Below are positions 24,868 through 33,578 of a stretch of DNA of 64,000 bases, piece after piece. This DNA comes from an uncultured Bifidobacterium sp. Lineage in GTDB: Bacteria; Verrucomicrobiota; Verrucomicrobiia; Limisphaerales; JADLHS01. Position 1 is the stretch's first letter, and each line of letters opens with the position of its first letter. Below the pieces are notes generated by a model. That model was not told the DNA's origin. It saw nothing but the letters and a program-made list of their open reading frames with translations, and did not search any database. The stretch is from NCBI GenBank assembly GCA_964594985.1, contig CAZQNQ010000018.1:22548-86547 (forward strand), given 5' to 3'. Made by a program: the position numbers and the translations under genes.

Positions 24868-26106
24868 ATGGCAAATACCTCGCGTCGCCTGCCCCGTCTT
24901 TTCCTCAAAACGACTGGTTCGGTTTTCGTCTCAGTCGTTTTATTTTCCAACCCGACGCCCGCTCAAGAAGGCACGTCCCGGAATTCTTACGCTGATGGGG
25001 CGGCGCCATTGCTGACCATGCCCGGGGCGGATGCGCCGGAGCGAACAGGAGCCGGCGATATCGTTGACTCAAAGCCACCGGCGTCTGACCCGGCTTCGAC
25101 CAACAAGAACGAATTCCTGGTTGCTCCCATCCCATCTTACAAGCCGACCTTCGGGTTTGGCCTACAGGTGATGGCCGGTTACCTCTTCGCGGTGGATCCA
25201 GAGGACAAAGTTTCGCCCCCCTCTTCGGTCATGTTGATGGGATACGCTGCTGAGAACGGGTCCTGGCTGGGAGGGTTCGGGAGCCGGTTCTTCTTGAAGG
25301 AAGACCAGTATCGCCTGATCGGCGGCGTCTTTACCGGGCGCTTGAACTACGACTACGCCGGCGTGGGAACCGACGCCGGCGATAGCGGGCGAACCGTCCC
25401 GCTGGAACAAAACATGACGGCGGTGATTCTTGAACCGCTGACTCGGATTGCGCCGCATCTGTACCTCGGCCCCCGGTATCTTTACGCCAACATGCGGACG
25501 ACGGCGGATCTCGCCTCCCTCGGTAATCCGGCGCTCCCGCCCCAGGTGGAGCGGGAGTCACTCCAGTCCATGATTGGTGCCCATCTCCAATACGACACCC
25601 GCGACAGCGTTTTTAACCCCCGCAAAGGAATGCTCGTTGACTTTCACGCCGATTTTCACGACCGGGCCTGGGGCGACGATTTTAACTACCAGGTGTATAA
25701 GCTTTATTGCAACCAATACTTTTCCCTGGGCGAGGGGCAGGTGCTGGCCGTGCGCGCCGCCGCCCAGGTGTGCGCCGGTGATGTCCCGTTCTATTCTCTG
25801 GCGACGATTGGGCGGGGGCCAGACTTGCGCGGCTACGAGTATGGCCAGTATCAGGACGAAACGCTGCTGGCCGCCCAAGCCGAATACCGGCTTCGACTGA
25901 CCAAACGGTTCGGCGTGGTGGGCTTTGCGGGCGTTGGGGCCGTCGCTCCTTCGCTGTCCGATTATTCGGCAGATGATCTTCTACCCAGCGTCGGCGCGGG
26001 CTTGCGCTATGTCTTGGCGGTGAAAAATCAAATCTCCATGCGACTCGACTATGCTTATGGCCGGGATGGCGGGAAATTGTATTTCACCGTGGGCGAGGCT
26101 TTTTAG
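24868..26106 (+). CDS. Omp85-superfamily outer-membrane beta-barrel without recognisable POTRA domains (paralog of 15069-16310)
   Basis: ATG 24868 (MANTSRRLPRLFLKTTGSVFVSVVLFSNPTPAQ); the track start 24628 lies in the repeat. YDTRDSVFNPRKGML, VPFYSLATIGRGPDLRGY, GAGLRYVLAVKNQISMRLDYAYG, C-terminal YFTVGEAF. Confidence 0.75.
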   Translation: MANTSRRLPRLFLKTTGSVFVSVVLFSNPTPAQEGTSRNSYADGAAPLLTMPGADAPERTGAGDIVDSKPPASDPASTNKNEFLVAPIPSYKPTFGFGLQVMAGYLFAVDPEDKVSPPSSVMLMGYAAENGSWLGGFGSRFFLKEDQYRLIGGVFTGRLNYDYAGVGTDAGDSGRTVPLEQNMTAVILEPLTRIAPHLYLGPRYLYANMRTTADLASLGNPALPPQVERESLQSMIGAHLQYDTRDSVFNPRKGMLVDFHADFHDRAWGDDFNYQVYKLYCNQYFSLGEGQVLAVRAAAQVCAGDVPFYSLATIGRGPDLRGYEYGQYQDETLLAAQAEYRLRLTKRFGVVGFAGVGAVAPSLSDYSADDLLPSVGAGLRYVLAVKNQISMRLDYAYGRDGGKLYFTVGEAF

Positions 26107-26261
26107 CCACTACCCAGGCGGAGGTCGTGCTGCCGATTAGAGCATTTTAATTTTTTCCATAGCCTCAAAAATTCACAAAAACCTCAAACTACTGCTTTGA
26201 TTTGTGCTTTTTGTGCCTCTTTGCGGCTCCAGTTTTAATTAAACAGCTATAGATGGCGCAG

Positions 26262-26420
26262 TCACGCGCGAAGCCCTCGCGGAGATCACCCATGTCACCA
26301 TCGCCAATCTCACCGCGCTGGCCGACCGCACTCCCGTTTGTGTCCAGATCAGTGTTTGACTTGAATTGTTTCGGGGAACTCCGCGCGCTTGCGTAAAGCA
26401 CCGAAGCCGCCGGGAAGGCC
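26262..26420 (+). pseudogene. Relic of the ldhA 3' end plus its downstream flank (second copy)
   Basis: The first 30 nt (tcacgcgcgaagccctcgcggagatcaccc) are identical to 23145-23174. Similarity (about 80% by eye) continues past the stop codon to gcgtaaagcaccgaa. The relic encodes TREALAEITHVTIANLTALADRTPVCVQISV*, versus TREALAEITRVTVANLTALAARTAFVPGSVLT* in ldhA. Confidence 0.75.
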
Positions 26421-26507
26421 ATTGACCGGGCTCAACATTCCGATCCTTTCTTGGCTCAGACTAACACTACACGGCCCGAAAAAGTCGAGTCACGTCAATA
26501 ATTTGAA

Positions 26508-26738
26508 TTAAAGGAATATCCGGCTAATCCCAATGCAAACATCAATGATTAATGGCCATAATGAAGAATCGCTTTGCTTTTCTTCATCAGCACTTAAAAT
26601 TTGTTCTTCAGATTGTTTTCTCAGCCCCTCTTGGCCTTCTGGTTCTGGTGGAAGCGCAGCACAACCAATGCAGATGCAACAAATACAAGAACAGCAAACA
26701 GCTTGAAATGCCATTCGGATCTTGACCGCCGAAATCAT
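26508..26738 (-). CDS. Hypothetical small Cys-rich membrane protein (ORFan, low G+C)
   Basis: 76-aa ORF with MAFQAVCCSCICCICIGCAAL (7 Cys in one hydrophobic helix), an acidic middle, and a second hydrophobic stretch LWPLIIDVCIGISRIFL. Starts 21 nt after the upstream gene stop. Codon signal is weak. Confidence 0.3.
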   Translation of the reverse strand: MISAVKIRMAFQAVCCSCICCICIGCAALPPEPEGQEGLRKQSEEQILSADEEKQSDSSLWPLIIDVCIGISRIFL

Positions 26739-26758
26739 ACGCTTCGTTCTGAGTTTGC

Positions 26759-27163
26759 TTAACGCTCTTTCATCAAATTCTCACGATTTGCACCAGCCAC
26801 GTCAGTCTTCCATGCTTCTACAACTTTCCAACCGCCATCTTTATCGAGCTGCTCCAATGTGAACCAATAAATGCTGTTTTCCTCGGCGATCTTCTCCATC
26901 TGCAGTATCAATCTAACTGGATATTCAATCATTGTCTTCCCGCCTTCCAACTTGCTGGATCGAATGATGCCATGGTCATCAGGTTTGAAGCCTGGCAATT
27001 GTCCCCCCTTTGCAAGTTTGATGGAGTAGTTGGCTGCATCTACGAACAACACAACCATGGGATCGCGCTTAAGGTCTTTTGCGTTCGGCTTGGAAGCACT
27101 GCAAGCACCCCAAAAAACAATCCCGAATATAAGAATAAAAAAGGCGCAAATTTTTATTTTCAT
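26759..27163 (-). CDS. Hypothetical small lipoprotein (ORFan, low G+C)
   Basis: MKIKICAFFILIFGIVFWGACSAS (lipobox-like). 134 aa, no family recognised. Lies in a clearly A+T-richer stretch (about 26430-27200). Confidence 0.5.
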   Translation of the reverse strand: MKIKICAFFILIFGIVFWGACSASKPNAKDLKRDPMVVLFVDAANYSIKLAKGGQLPGFKPDDHGIIRSSKLEGGKTMIEYPVRLILQMEKIAEENSIYWFTLEQLDKDGGWKVVEAWKTDVAGANRENLMKER

Positions 27164-27279
27164 AAATCACTGACCTCCCCCCGAGAATCAGGCCGGAGTT
27201 GAGTTGAGAGTGAGCTGCAACCTCGGCTGGACCTGGATAAAGCTGCGGAGCCGAGGCCAGTGGCCCCGGCTCCGGTCGC

Positions 27280-28089
27280 TCAATATTTTTCCGCCACGAA
27301 CTTGCGGCCTTTCAACGACCCTTGATCGTCATACGAGCCTTTCATCGAGCGTTTGGGCAGCTCGATCTTTTCGCGCGGCACTTTCTTATAGGGGATCAGG
27401 CTCAGGATGTGCCGGATGCCATTGAGCCGGGCGCGCTTCTTCTCGTCGGAACGCAGGATGTACCACGGCGCCCATTTCGTGTCCGTGGCCTTGAGCATGA
27501 TGTCGCGGGCGCGGGAATACTCGAACCACTTGGTGCGCGACGGCAGATCCATCGGACTCAATTTCCATTGGCGCACCGGGTCGGTGATGCGTGCCTCGAA
27601 CCGCCGCTTCTGTTCCTTGTCGCCAACCTCGAGCCAGAGCTTGATCAGGATGATCCCGCTATCCACGATGAACTTCTCCACCTCCGGGCAGCGCTCCAGA
27701 AACAAATCATGCTGCTCCTTCGTGCAGAAGCCCATCACGTGTTCCACGCCGGCGCGGTTGTACCAACTGCGGTCGAAGATGACGACCTCGCCCGCCGCCG
27801 GGAAATGCGCCATGTAGCGCTGGATGTAGATCTGCGACTTCTCACGATCCGACGGCGCGGGCAACGCCACGACGCGGAAGACACGTGGGCTGACCCGTTC
27901 GGTGAGCGCGCGGATCGTGCCGCCCTTGCCGGCTCCATCGCGCCCCTCGAAAATGATGATGACGCGCAGACCCTTGTGCTTGACCCAATCCTGGAGCACG
28001 CACAACTCGCCCTGCAGTTTGCGCAATTCCTTTTCGTATTTCTTGGTCTTCAGTTTCTTGTCGCCGTCCGTCTCGGTGTCTTTACTCAT
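27280..28089 (-). CDS. ppk2: Polyphosphate kinase 2
   Basis: KYEKELRKLQGELCVLQDWVKHKGLRVIIIFEGRDGAGKGGTIRALTERVSPRVFRVVALPAPSDREKSQIYIQRYMAHFPAAGEVVIFDRSWYNRAGVE is the canonical PPK2 block. Confidence 0.9.
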   Translation of the reverse strand: MSKDTETDGDKKLKTKKYEKELRKLQGELCVLQDWVKHKGLRVIIIFEGRDGAGKGGTIRALTERVSPRVFRVVALPAPSDREKSQIYIQRYMAHFPAAGEVVIFDRSWYNRAGVEHVMGFCTKEQHDLFLERCPEVEKFIVDSGIILIKLWLEVGDKEQKRRFEARITDPVRQWKLSPMDLPSRTKWFEYSRARDIMLKATDTKWAPWYILRSDEKKRARLNGIRHILSLIPYKKVPREKIELPKRSMKGSYDDQGSLKGRKFVAEKY

Positions 28090-28159
28090 AATTTTTTCCA
28101 GTTCCTGGTTCGTTCGATTTGGTTGCTGTGGCCATCATCATTCATTCCACCCCGGACCG

Positions 28160-30043
28160 TCAACGACTCAAGCGGGGATGGGTCATGTTCTCCGGTTTCA
28201 ACAGTTCATCCAGCTTGTCTTTGGTCAACCAGCCTTTGGCGATGACGAGATCATAGACGCTGCCGCCGGTCTTGAGCGCTTCCTTGGCGATGGCCGCGGA
28301 TTTTTCGTAGCCCAGCACCGGGTTCAAGGCGGTGACGAGGCCGATGGAATTCTGCACGTACTCGCGGCAGCGCTCGCGGTTCGGCTCGATCCCGGCAATG
28401 CACCGCGTCGCGAGCACGATGGCCGCGTTGCGCAACAGCGTGAGGCCGAAGAACAGATTAAACGCGATGATCGGCTCGGCCATGTTCAACTCCAGTTCAC
28501 TCGCCTCGGAAGCCATCGAAACCGTCACGTCGTTGCCGATGATCTGGAAACAGATCTGGCTCACGACTTCGGGCACGACGGGATTCACCTTGCCCGGCAT
28601 GATGGACGAACCGGGCTGCATCGCGGGCAGGCGGATTTCGTAGAGACCGCAGCGCGGACCGGACGAAAGCCAGCGGAGGTCGTTGCAAATTTTCGAGAGC
28701 TGCACGGCGGCGGTCTTCATTGCGCCGCTCATGAGCGAGAACTCCCCCGAGTCCTGGGTCGCTTCGACAAGATTCTCCGCGAGACGCACGGGCGCGCCGG
28801 AAATTTCCGCCAGCTTCCGCGTGCAGAGCGGCGCGTAGCCCGCCGGACTGTTCAACCCGGTGCCGATCGCTGTCGCCCCCATGTTGGTTTCGAGCAACTC
28901 GGTGCCCGCGTGATCAAGGTGGCGGATGCCATCGCCGATCATCACGGCGTAGGCGCTGAATTCCTGGCCGAGCGTCATCGGCACGGCGTCTTGATTTTCC
29001 GTGCGGCCCATCTTGATGACGTCCGCAAACTCCTTCGCCTTGGCTTCGAGCGCGGTCTTGAGTTCGCGCAAGCCGCCGAGCGTGTCGCGCAGGGTGAACC
29101 AGACGCCAAGCTTGATCGCGGTGGGATACGCGTCATTGGTGGACTGCGAGCAATTGACGTGATCGTTCGGGTGACAGAACTGGTATTCGCCTTTCTTGTC
29201 CCCGAGCAATTCGAGCGCACGATTGGCGATGACTTCGTTGGCGCACATGTTCGTCGAAGTGCCGGCACCGCCCTGGATCATGTCCACACAGAACTGGTCG
29301 TGCAGTTTGCCCGCGAGAATTTCGTCGCACGCCTTGGCGATAGCGTCAGCAATCTTGCCGTCGAGCACGCCGAGTTCGGCGTTGGCCACAGCACAGGCCT
29401 TCTTCACACACGCGAGGGCCCGGACAAAATGTTCGTAATGCCGGACGTGGATGCCGGAGAAGGGAAAGTTCTCAATCGCGCGGATGGTCTGCACGCCGTA
29501 GTAAGCGTAATTCGGCACATCGCGTTCGCCCAGCGAATCGTGCTCGCGCCGAGTATCGGAAAGCACGGGCGCCCCGGCCTCCTTGGCGAGCCGCTCGGAA
29601 GCCGCGCGCAACCGGTCGCCCATCCGGCGGGCGACCTGCCCGACGAGCCGATAAAAAATCTCCGGGGTCGCGGCGCGCACCGCATCCAGTTCCGCCCGGG
29701 AAATCTGCCAGATGGTCGTGCCTTGAGTCGTCCGCCCGGACGTGCCGTGCGGCGTGTCATCCAGCATCACGCCTTCACTGAGGATGGCACCGGGTTGCGC
29801 CACGCCGAGGAGCACGCTGTTGCCGTGCTGACCGCGCACCAGTTCAACTTCGCCTTCGATCACCAACCCCAGCCACTGGCGTGGCGCGGATTCATGGAAG
29901 AGATAATCGCCGGCTTTGTAAGTGACCGCGGCGCCGCGCTCGGCAACGGCGGCGAGTTCTTCCGGCTTGATGCCGATGCGTTGGGCGGCGGAAGCAATGG
30001 TGTTGGAATCGAGTTTCATGGTTTCAAAGGAGGTTTGGTTCAA
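28160..30043 (-). CDS. aspA: Cyclic-nucleotide-binding domain fused to aspartate ammonia-lyase
   Basis: N-terminal ~150 aa are CAP/cNMP-like (VTYKAGDYLFHESAPRQWLGLVIEGEVELVR...ISRAELDAV). The remainder is collinear with E. coli AspA: EHDSLGERDVPNYAYYGVQTIRAIENF, GGAGTSTNMCANEVIAN, NCSQSTNDAYPT, GSSIMPGKVNPVVPE (AspA-type signature). Confidence 0.85.
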   Translation of the reverse strand: MNQTSFETMKLDSNTIASAAQRIGIKPEELAAVAERGAAVTYKAGDYLFHESAPRQWLGLVIEGEVELVRGQHGNSVLLGVAQPGAILSEGVMLDDTPHGTSGRTTQGTTIWQISRAELDAVRAATPEIFYRLVGQVARRMGDRLRAASERLAKEAGAPVLSDTRREHDSLGERDVPNYAYYGVQTIRAIENFPFSGIHVRHYEHFVRALACVKKACAVANAELGVLDGKIADAIAKACDEILAGKLHDQFCVDMIQGGAGTSTNMCANEVIANRALELLGDKKGEYQFCHPNDHVNCSQSTNDAYPTAIKLGVWFTLRDTLGGLRELKTALEAKAKEFADVIKMGRTENQDAVPMTLGQEFSAYAVMIGDGIRHLDHAGTELLETNMGATAIGTGLNSPAGYAPLCTRKLAEISGAPVRLAENLVEATQDSGEFSLMSGAMKTAAVQLSKICNDLRWLSSGPRCGLYEIRLPAMQPGSSIMPGKVNPVVPEVVSQICFQIIGNDVTVSMASEASELELNMAEPIIAFNLFFGLTLLRNAAIVLATRCIAGIEPNRERCREYVQNSIGLVTALNPVLGYEKSAAIAKEALKTGGSVYDLVIAKGWLTKDKLDELLKPENMTHPRLSR

Positions 30044-30074
30044 CGACCCAAGCTAAGCGTATGGTTAGCCATAG

Positions 30075-30377
30075 TCATTTCAGGACATCTCTAATTACAA
30101 CTCTGTTTGTGGGATTGTTATCAACCAAGTAATCATAAACGACAACAACTTTGGCAGTGGCATTCGTGCCTTCAAATACAAAATTCCACTCTGCATTTTT
30201 TGCGTCACGCTTGGCCTCTACACACTTCAAATCGTTGGTCAATGAACCGAGCGATTCGGTAGCGAAATGGTATGCTGCGGGCAATGAAAGCGGGGGGAAG
30301 ACGCCGATCACCCAGTGTGCTGCGGCAATACCAGCCATGGCGATCAAAACCACAAAAATAAGGCTGATGCGTTTCAT
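30075..30377 (-). CDS. Hypothetical small membrane-anchored protein (low G+C)
   Basis: ATG 30377: MKRISLIFVVLIAMAGIAAAHWVIG..., about 100 aa. Sits between dcuA and aspA. No family recognised. Confidence 0.4.
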   Translation of the reverse strand: MKRISLIFVVLIAMAGIAAAHWVIGVFPPLSLPAAYHFATESLGSLTNDLKCVEAKRDAKNAEWNFVFEGTNATAKVVVVYDYLVDNNPTNRVVIRDVLK

Positions 30378-30396
30378 AAAAGCGTGGCGCCTATGC

Positions 30397-31731
30397 CTAA
30401 CTGAAGAACACTTTGGCAATGATCAGGCCGATGCAGACCGCGGCAATCGTACAGATCAATCCTGGCAGCATGAACGAGTGGTTCAGCAGATATTTGCCGA
30501 TGCGCGTCGTCTTCGAGCGGTCAAATTGCATCGCCGCGATGAGCGTCCCGTAGTTCGGGATGAAGAAATAGCCGTTCACCGCCGGGAACATGGCGATGAG
30601 AAAGGGCGCGGGGATGCCGAGCGAAAGCCCCAGCGGCATGAGCGCCTTCGCGGTCGCGGCCTGGCTGTAGAGCAACATCGAAGCGATGAACAGCCCGATC
30701 GCGAAGGTCCACGGGGCGGCCTTCGCCATGTCGCTCAAGCCCCCGATAATCACCTCCCGATTGGCATTGATGAACGAGTCGCCGAGCCATGCGAGGCCCA
30801 GGATGCCGATGATGGCGGTAACGCCCGACTGGCAGGTCTTGGACTTCGGCACGGCACCGACGGGCGCCTTGGTGACCACGAGAATGACCGCCGCCACCGT
30901 GAGCATGATGATCGCAATGGCGACCGGCATCTTGAGTTCGGTGGGTTCCTCCCCGGAGCCAATCACGGTGCGGATCTGGGGGAAAATGCCCGCGAGCACG
31001 ACGATGGCAACGCCGATGAAGAAGATGACCGCACTCGCTTTCGCGCCCGGCTTCAGCGGCGGCGGGGCCGCACCGGAAACCTTGCCGGGCGGCGGAAGTT
31101 CGCCCGAGGCGAGCAGCCGCTGGTACTCCGGATCGTCTTTCAACTCCTTGCCGACCCGCAATTGCGCGAAGGCGGCCAGCAACACCGCCAGCAGCGTGGC
31201 CGGCACGCAGATGAGCAGAATCTGCACGAGGCCCAAGCCGTGAGACGCCAGAATAGTGATCATCGCGGCCGTGGCCGCCGACACCGGACTCGCAGTGATC
31301 GCCTGTTGCGAAGCGATGGTCGCCACGGCCATTGGTCGCTCGGGGCGGATCCCATTCTCGTGCGCCACTTCGTAAATCACCGGCAGCAGCGGATACACGA
31401 TGTGTCCGGTGCCGGCCGCGAAGGTGAACGCATAGGTCACGAGCGGCGCCACGATGGTCACCTGCTTCGGATTCTTGCGGATGATCTTCTCCGCCACGCG
31501 CACGAGGAAATCAATGCCCCCGGCCACTTCCATCGCCGAAGCGGCCATGATGACGGTGAGCACAATCAGCAGGACATCGCCCGGCAGACTGGCCGGCACG
31601 ACCCCGAAGCCAACGACGAGCACGAGCAACCCGACCGCGCCCCACAAGCCCAGGCCCACTCCGCCCGCCCGCGCCCCCATCCCCAGCGCGCCGAGGATGA
31701 CCAGAAATTCAAGAACGAGTTTGATGCTCAT
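30397..31731 (-). CDS. dcuA: Anaerobic C4-dicarboxylate transporter, DcuA/DcuB family
   Basis: MSIKLVLEFLVILGALGMGARAGGVGLGLWG...IMAASAMEVAGGIDFLVRVAEKIIRKNPKQVTIVAPLVTYAFTFAAGTGH...QQAITASPVSAA is collinear with E. coli DcuA. Confidence 0.85.
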   Translation of the reverse strand: MSIKLVLEFLVILGALGMGARAGGVGLGLWGAVGLLVLVVGFGVVPASLPGDVLLIVLTVIMAASAMEVAGGIDFLVRVAEKIIRKNPKQVTIVAPLVTYAFTFAAGTGHIVYPLLPVIYEVAHENGIRPERPMAVATIASQQAITASPVSAATAAMITILASHGLGLVQILLICVPATLLAVLLAAFAQLRVGKELKDDPEYQRLLASGELPPPGKVSGAAPPPLKPGAKASAVIFFIGVAIVVLAGIFPQIRTVIGSGEEPTELKMPVAIAIIMLTVAAVILVVTKAPVGAVPKSKTCQSGVTAIIGILGLAWLGDSFINANREVIIGGLSDMAKAAPWTFAIGLFIASMLLYSQAATAKALMPLGLSLGIPAPFLIAMFPAVNGYFFIPNYGTLIAAMQFDRSKTTRIGKYLLNHSFMLPGLICTIAAVCIGLIIAKVFFS

Positions 31732-31744
31732 AATGGTTGGTGGG

Positions 31745-33271
31745 TTAGCGAATCAAATCGTAGCGGATCACAAAGTTAAGCCGGCTGCCGTCGCGGTCCC
31801 CACCACCCTGGGTGTCCTTGCTGCCAAAAAGATATTCCAATCCCATCCGGAATGATTTGGTCGGATGCCAGACCAGATTGACGCTGGCGTATTGCGTGTC
31901 TTCAATCGCGAAACCTCCGAGGGACGCCTCCGGTTCGACGTAGATGTAACCGTAGCTGGCCGTGGACCGGAACTGCGGCGACCACTCGTGCGTGTAACCC
32001 AACATCGCCGCCCCCACGGGAATGGCCCGAAGCTTGCCGGAACTGTCGGGTGCGGCATCGAGATCGGCGCTGCCGATGTCATTCACGTAGCGCGCCATGC
32101 CTTCGCCGTACGCGACCTGCCACAAAAACTTGTCCGCCGAGAACACCTTGAACGCGCCCGAGGCGTTGACTCCCCAACCAAAGACCGTGTCGTCCGGTGC
32201 GTTGTCCGCTTCGTAACCGATGCAGCGAAACAAACCGGCCAACTGCACATGGCCAACGTCGCCTTCCCAGCGCCAACCCGCCACGCCATCCGGCGTACGG
32301 GAAACGGTCTTGGCCCCGGCCGGCAGTCCGGGCGCGGTGAGATTCAGATCTGATTCCGGCTGCTCCAGGCTGAACAGCAGGTGCATCTTGCCAGCACCGT
32401 CATAGATGGGCGGTGAATAGCGGATCTGCGGCTGGCGCTTGTTGATCATCGCGTTCGGCCCGGCGTAATCCAGTACATCCGGGAACGCGTCAATGTCCAT
32501 GAAAGCGGAAAAGGTCTGGCCCGCGAGAATGTTCCACGCCTGCCCATAGAAATGCCGGACGCGGAACTTCATGGCGCCGGAAGTCGAGTCGTCGAAGAAA
32601 TCGTTCTCGTTGTAGATCCGCAACTGCCCCTCCTCGCCCACGGGCCGCCGCGCCTCGAAACTGACCCGCGTGGCTTTCGCGTGGATGGTGGAACGCGGGC
32701 CGCCGTCGAACCCGGCCTGTCCCGGCACGGGAATGCTCGAGGGCACGAACTGATTGGGATTGCCGTTGTCCTCCGCATCCGCAATCACGTCGAGCCGGGC
32801 CGAACCGCCAAAGCGAATCATGGTTTGCGCCCCGGGAATCGGGATGAATCCCTTCAATGCCGGATCAATCGTGGCGTTGTTGGGACGCGGTGCCGCGAGC
32901 TGCTGGTCGGCGAAGGTGTCGTAGTCAGTAATCAAACTGCGCTCGATCAATCCCAGTCCCACGAACGGTTCCGGCAGCAGGATTTGTTTCTCTCCGATCG
33001 TGAGAGAGTGCAGGTTGGTGTCACCGGTCGCCGTTGGTGGCGGAGCGCCCTGATTGGTGCCCACGGCAGACCCGGGAGGCGGCTCCAGTTCCGCCAGCTT
33101 GGAGCGCGCCTCTTGCAACGAAGTTTCCAACTGTTGCATGGTGGCGCGCAAGGCCTCAATGTCCTTGGCGCGCGGATCTTCCTGGGCGGCCACCGGAGCC
33201 GCGGTTGTCAGCAACAACACCAGCGACAGGACGCTCCAGCGCAGTTCAGCACACGGTTGTTTCATAGGCAT
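31745..33271 (-). CDS. Outer-membrane porin with N-terminal coiled coil (DcaP-like)
   Basis: ATG 33271/33265 (MPMKQPCAELRWSVLSLVLLLTTAAPVAAQ). Coiled coil DIEALRATMQQLETSLQEARSKLAELE, then beta-strand-rich TMIRFGGSARLDVIADAED...KFRVRHFYGQAWNILAGQTFSAF. The track start 33547 lies in repeat D2. Confidence 0.55.
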   Translation of the reverse strand: MPMKQPCAELRWSVLSLVLLLTTAAPVAAQEDPRAKDIEALRATMQQLETSLQEARSKLAELEPPPGSAVGTNQGAPPPTATGDTNLHSLTIGEKQILLPEPFVGLGLIERSLITDYDTFADQQLAAPRPNNATIDPALKGFIPIPGAQTMIRFGGSARLDVIADAEDNGNPNQFVPSSIPVPGQAGFDGGPRSTIHAKATRVSFEARRPVGEEGQLRIYNENDFFDDSTSGAMKFRVRHFYGQAWNILAGQTFSAFMDIDAFPDVLDYAGPNAMINKRQPQIRYSPPIYDGAGKMHLLFSLEQPESDLNLTAPGLPAGAKTVSRTPDGVAGWRWEGDVGHVQLAGLFRCIGYEADNAPDDTVFGWGVNASGAFKVFSADKFLWQVAYGEGMARYVNDIGSADLDAAPDSSGKLRAIPVGAAMLGYTHEWSPQFRSTASYGYIYVEPEASLGGFAIEDTQYASVNLVWHPTKSFRMGLEYLFGSKDTQGGGDRDGSRLNFVIRYDLIR

Positions 33272-33407
33272 TCGCAGTTGTCCACCCGCTGCATCAGCCC
33301 GGACGAACGGCGCAAGCATTCCTCCCGCCGTCGGAGCTGGTAATGTGTTGAGTGACGCCAGTTTACCAACCTGCAACCACCCTGTAAAGCCCGCCACGTC
33401 CCGCCGG

Positions 33408-33505
33408 GTGTGACTGGAACCGCCGCTCACCGGCGCGGTTCTTAATCTTACTCTTAATCTTGTTCTTAATCTCCCGGCCCGGGAGATTAAGATTAAGAGT
33501 AAGAG
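33408..33505. repeat. About 100-bp repeat 'D' copy 2
   Basis: gtgtgactggaaccgccgctcaccggcgcggttcttaatcttactcttaatcttgttcttaatctcccggcccgggagattaagattaagagtaagag. See copy 1 at 21669-21772. Confidence 0.85.
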
Positions 33506-33578
33506 AATTGGTTGCGCGGCAATTTCGGTCGTACCCCATCCCGCCACCTCCGGGCGCTGTTTTCATTCACCGCCCGGC

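Noticed and set aside
26189-26422. 77-aa minus-strand ORF
   Set aside because: It is antisense to the ldhA 3' relic and runs into an A/T-rich palindrome (the translation ends AAKRHKKHKSKQ). It is an artefact of the relic.
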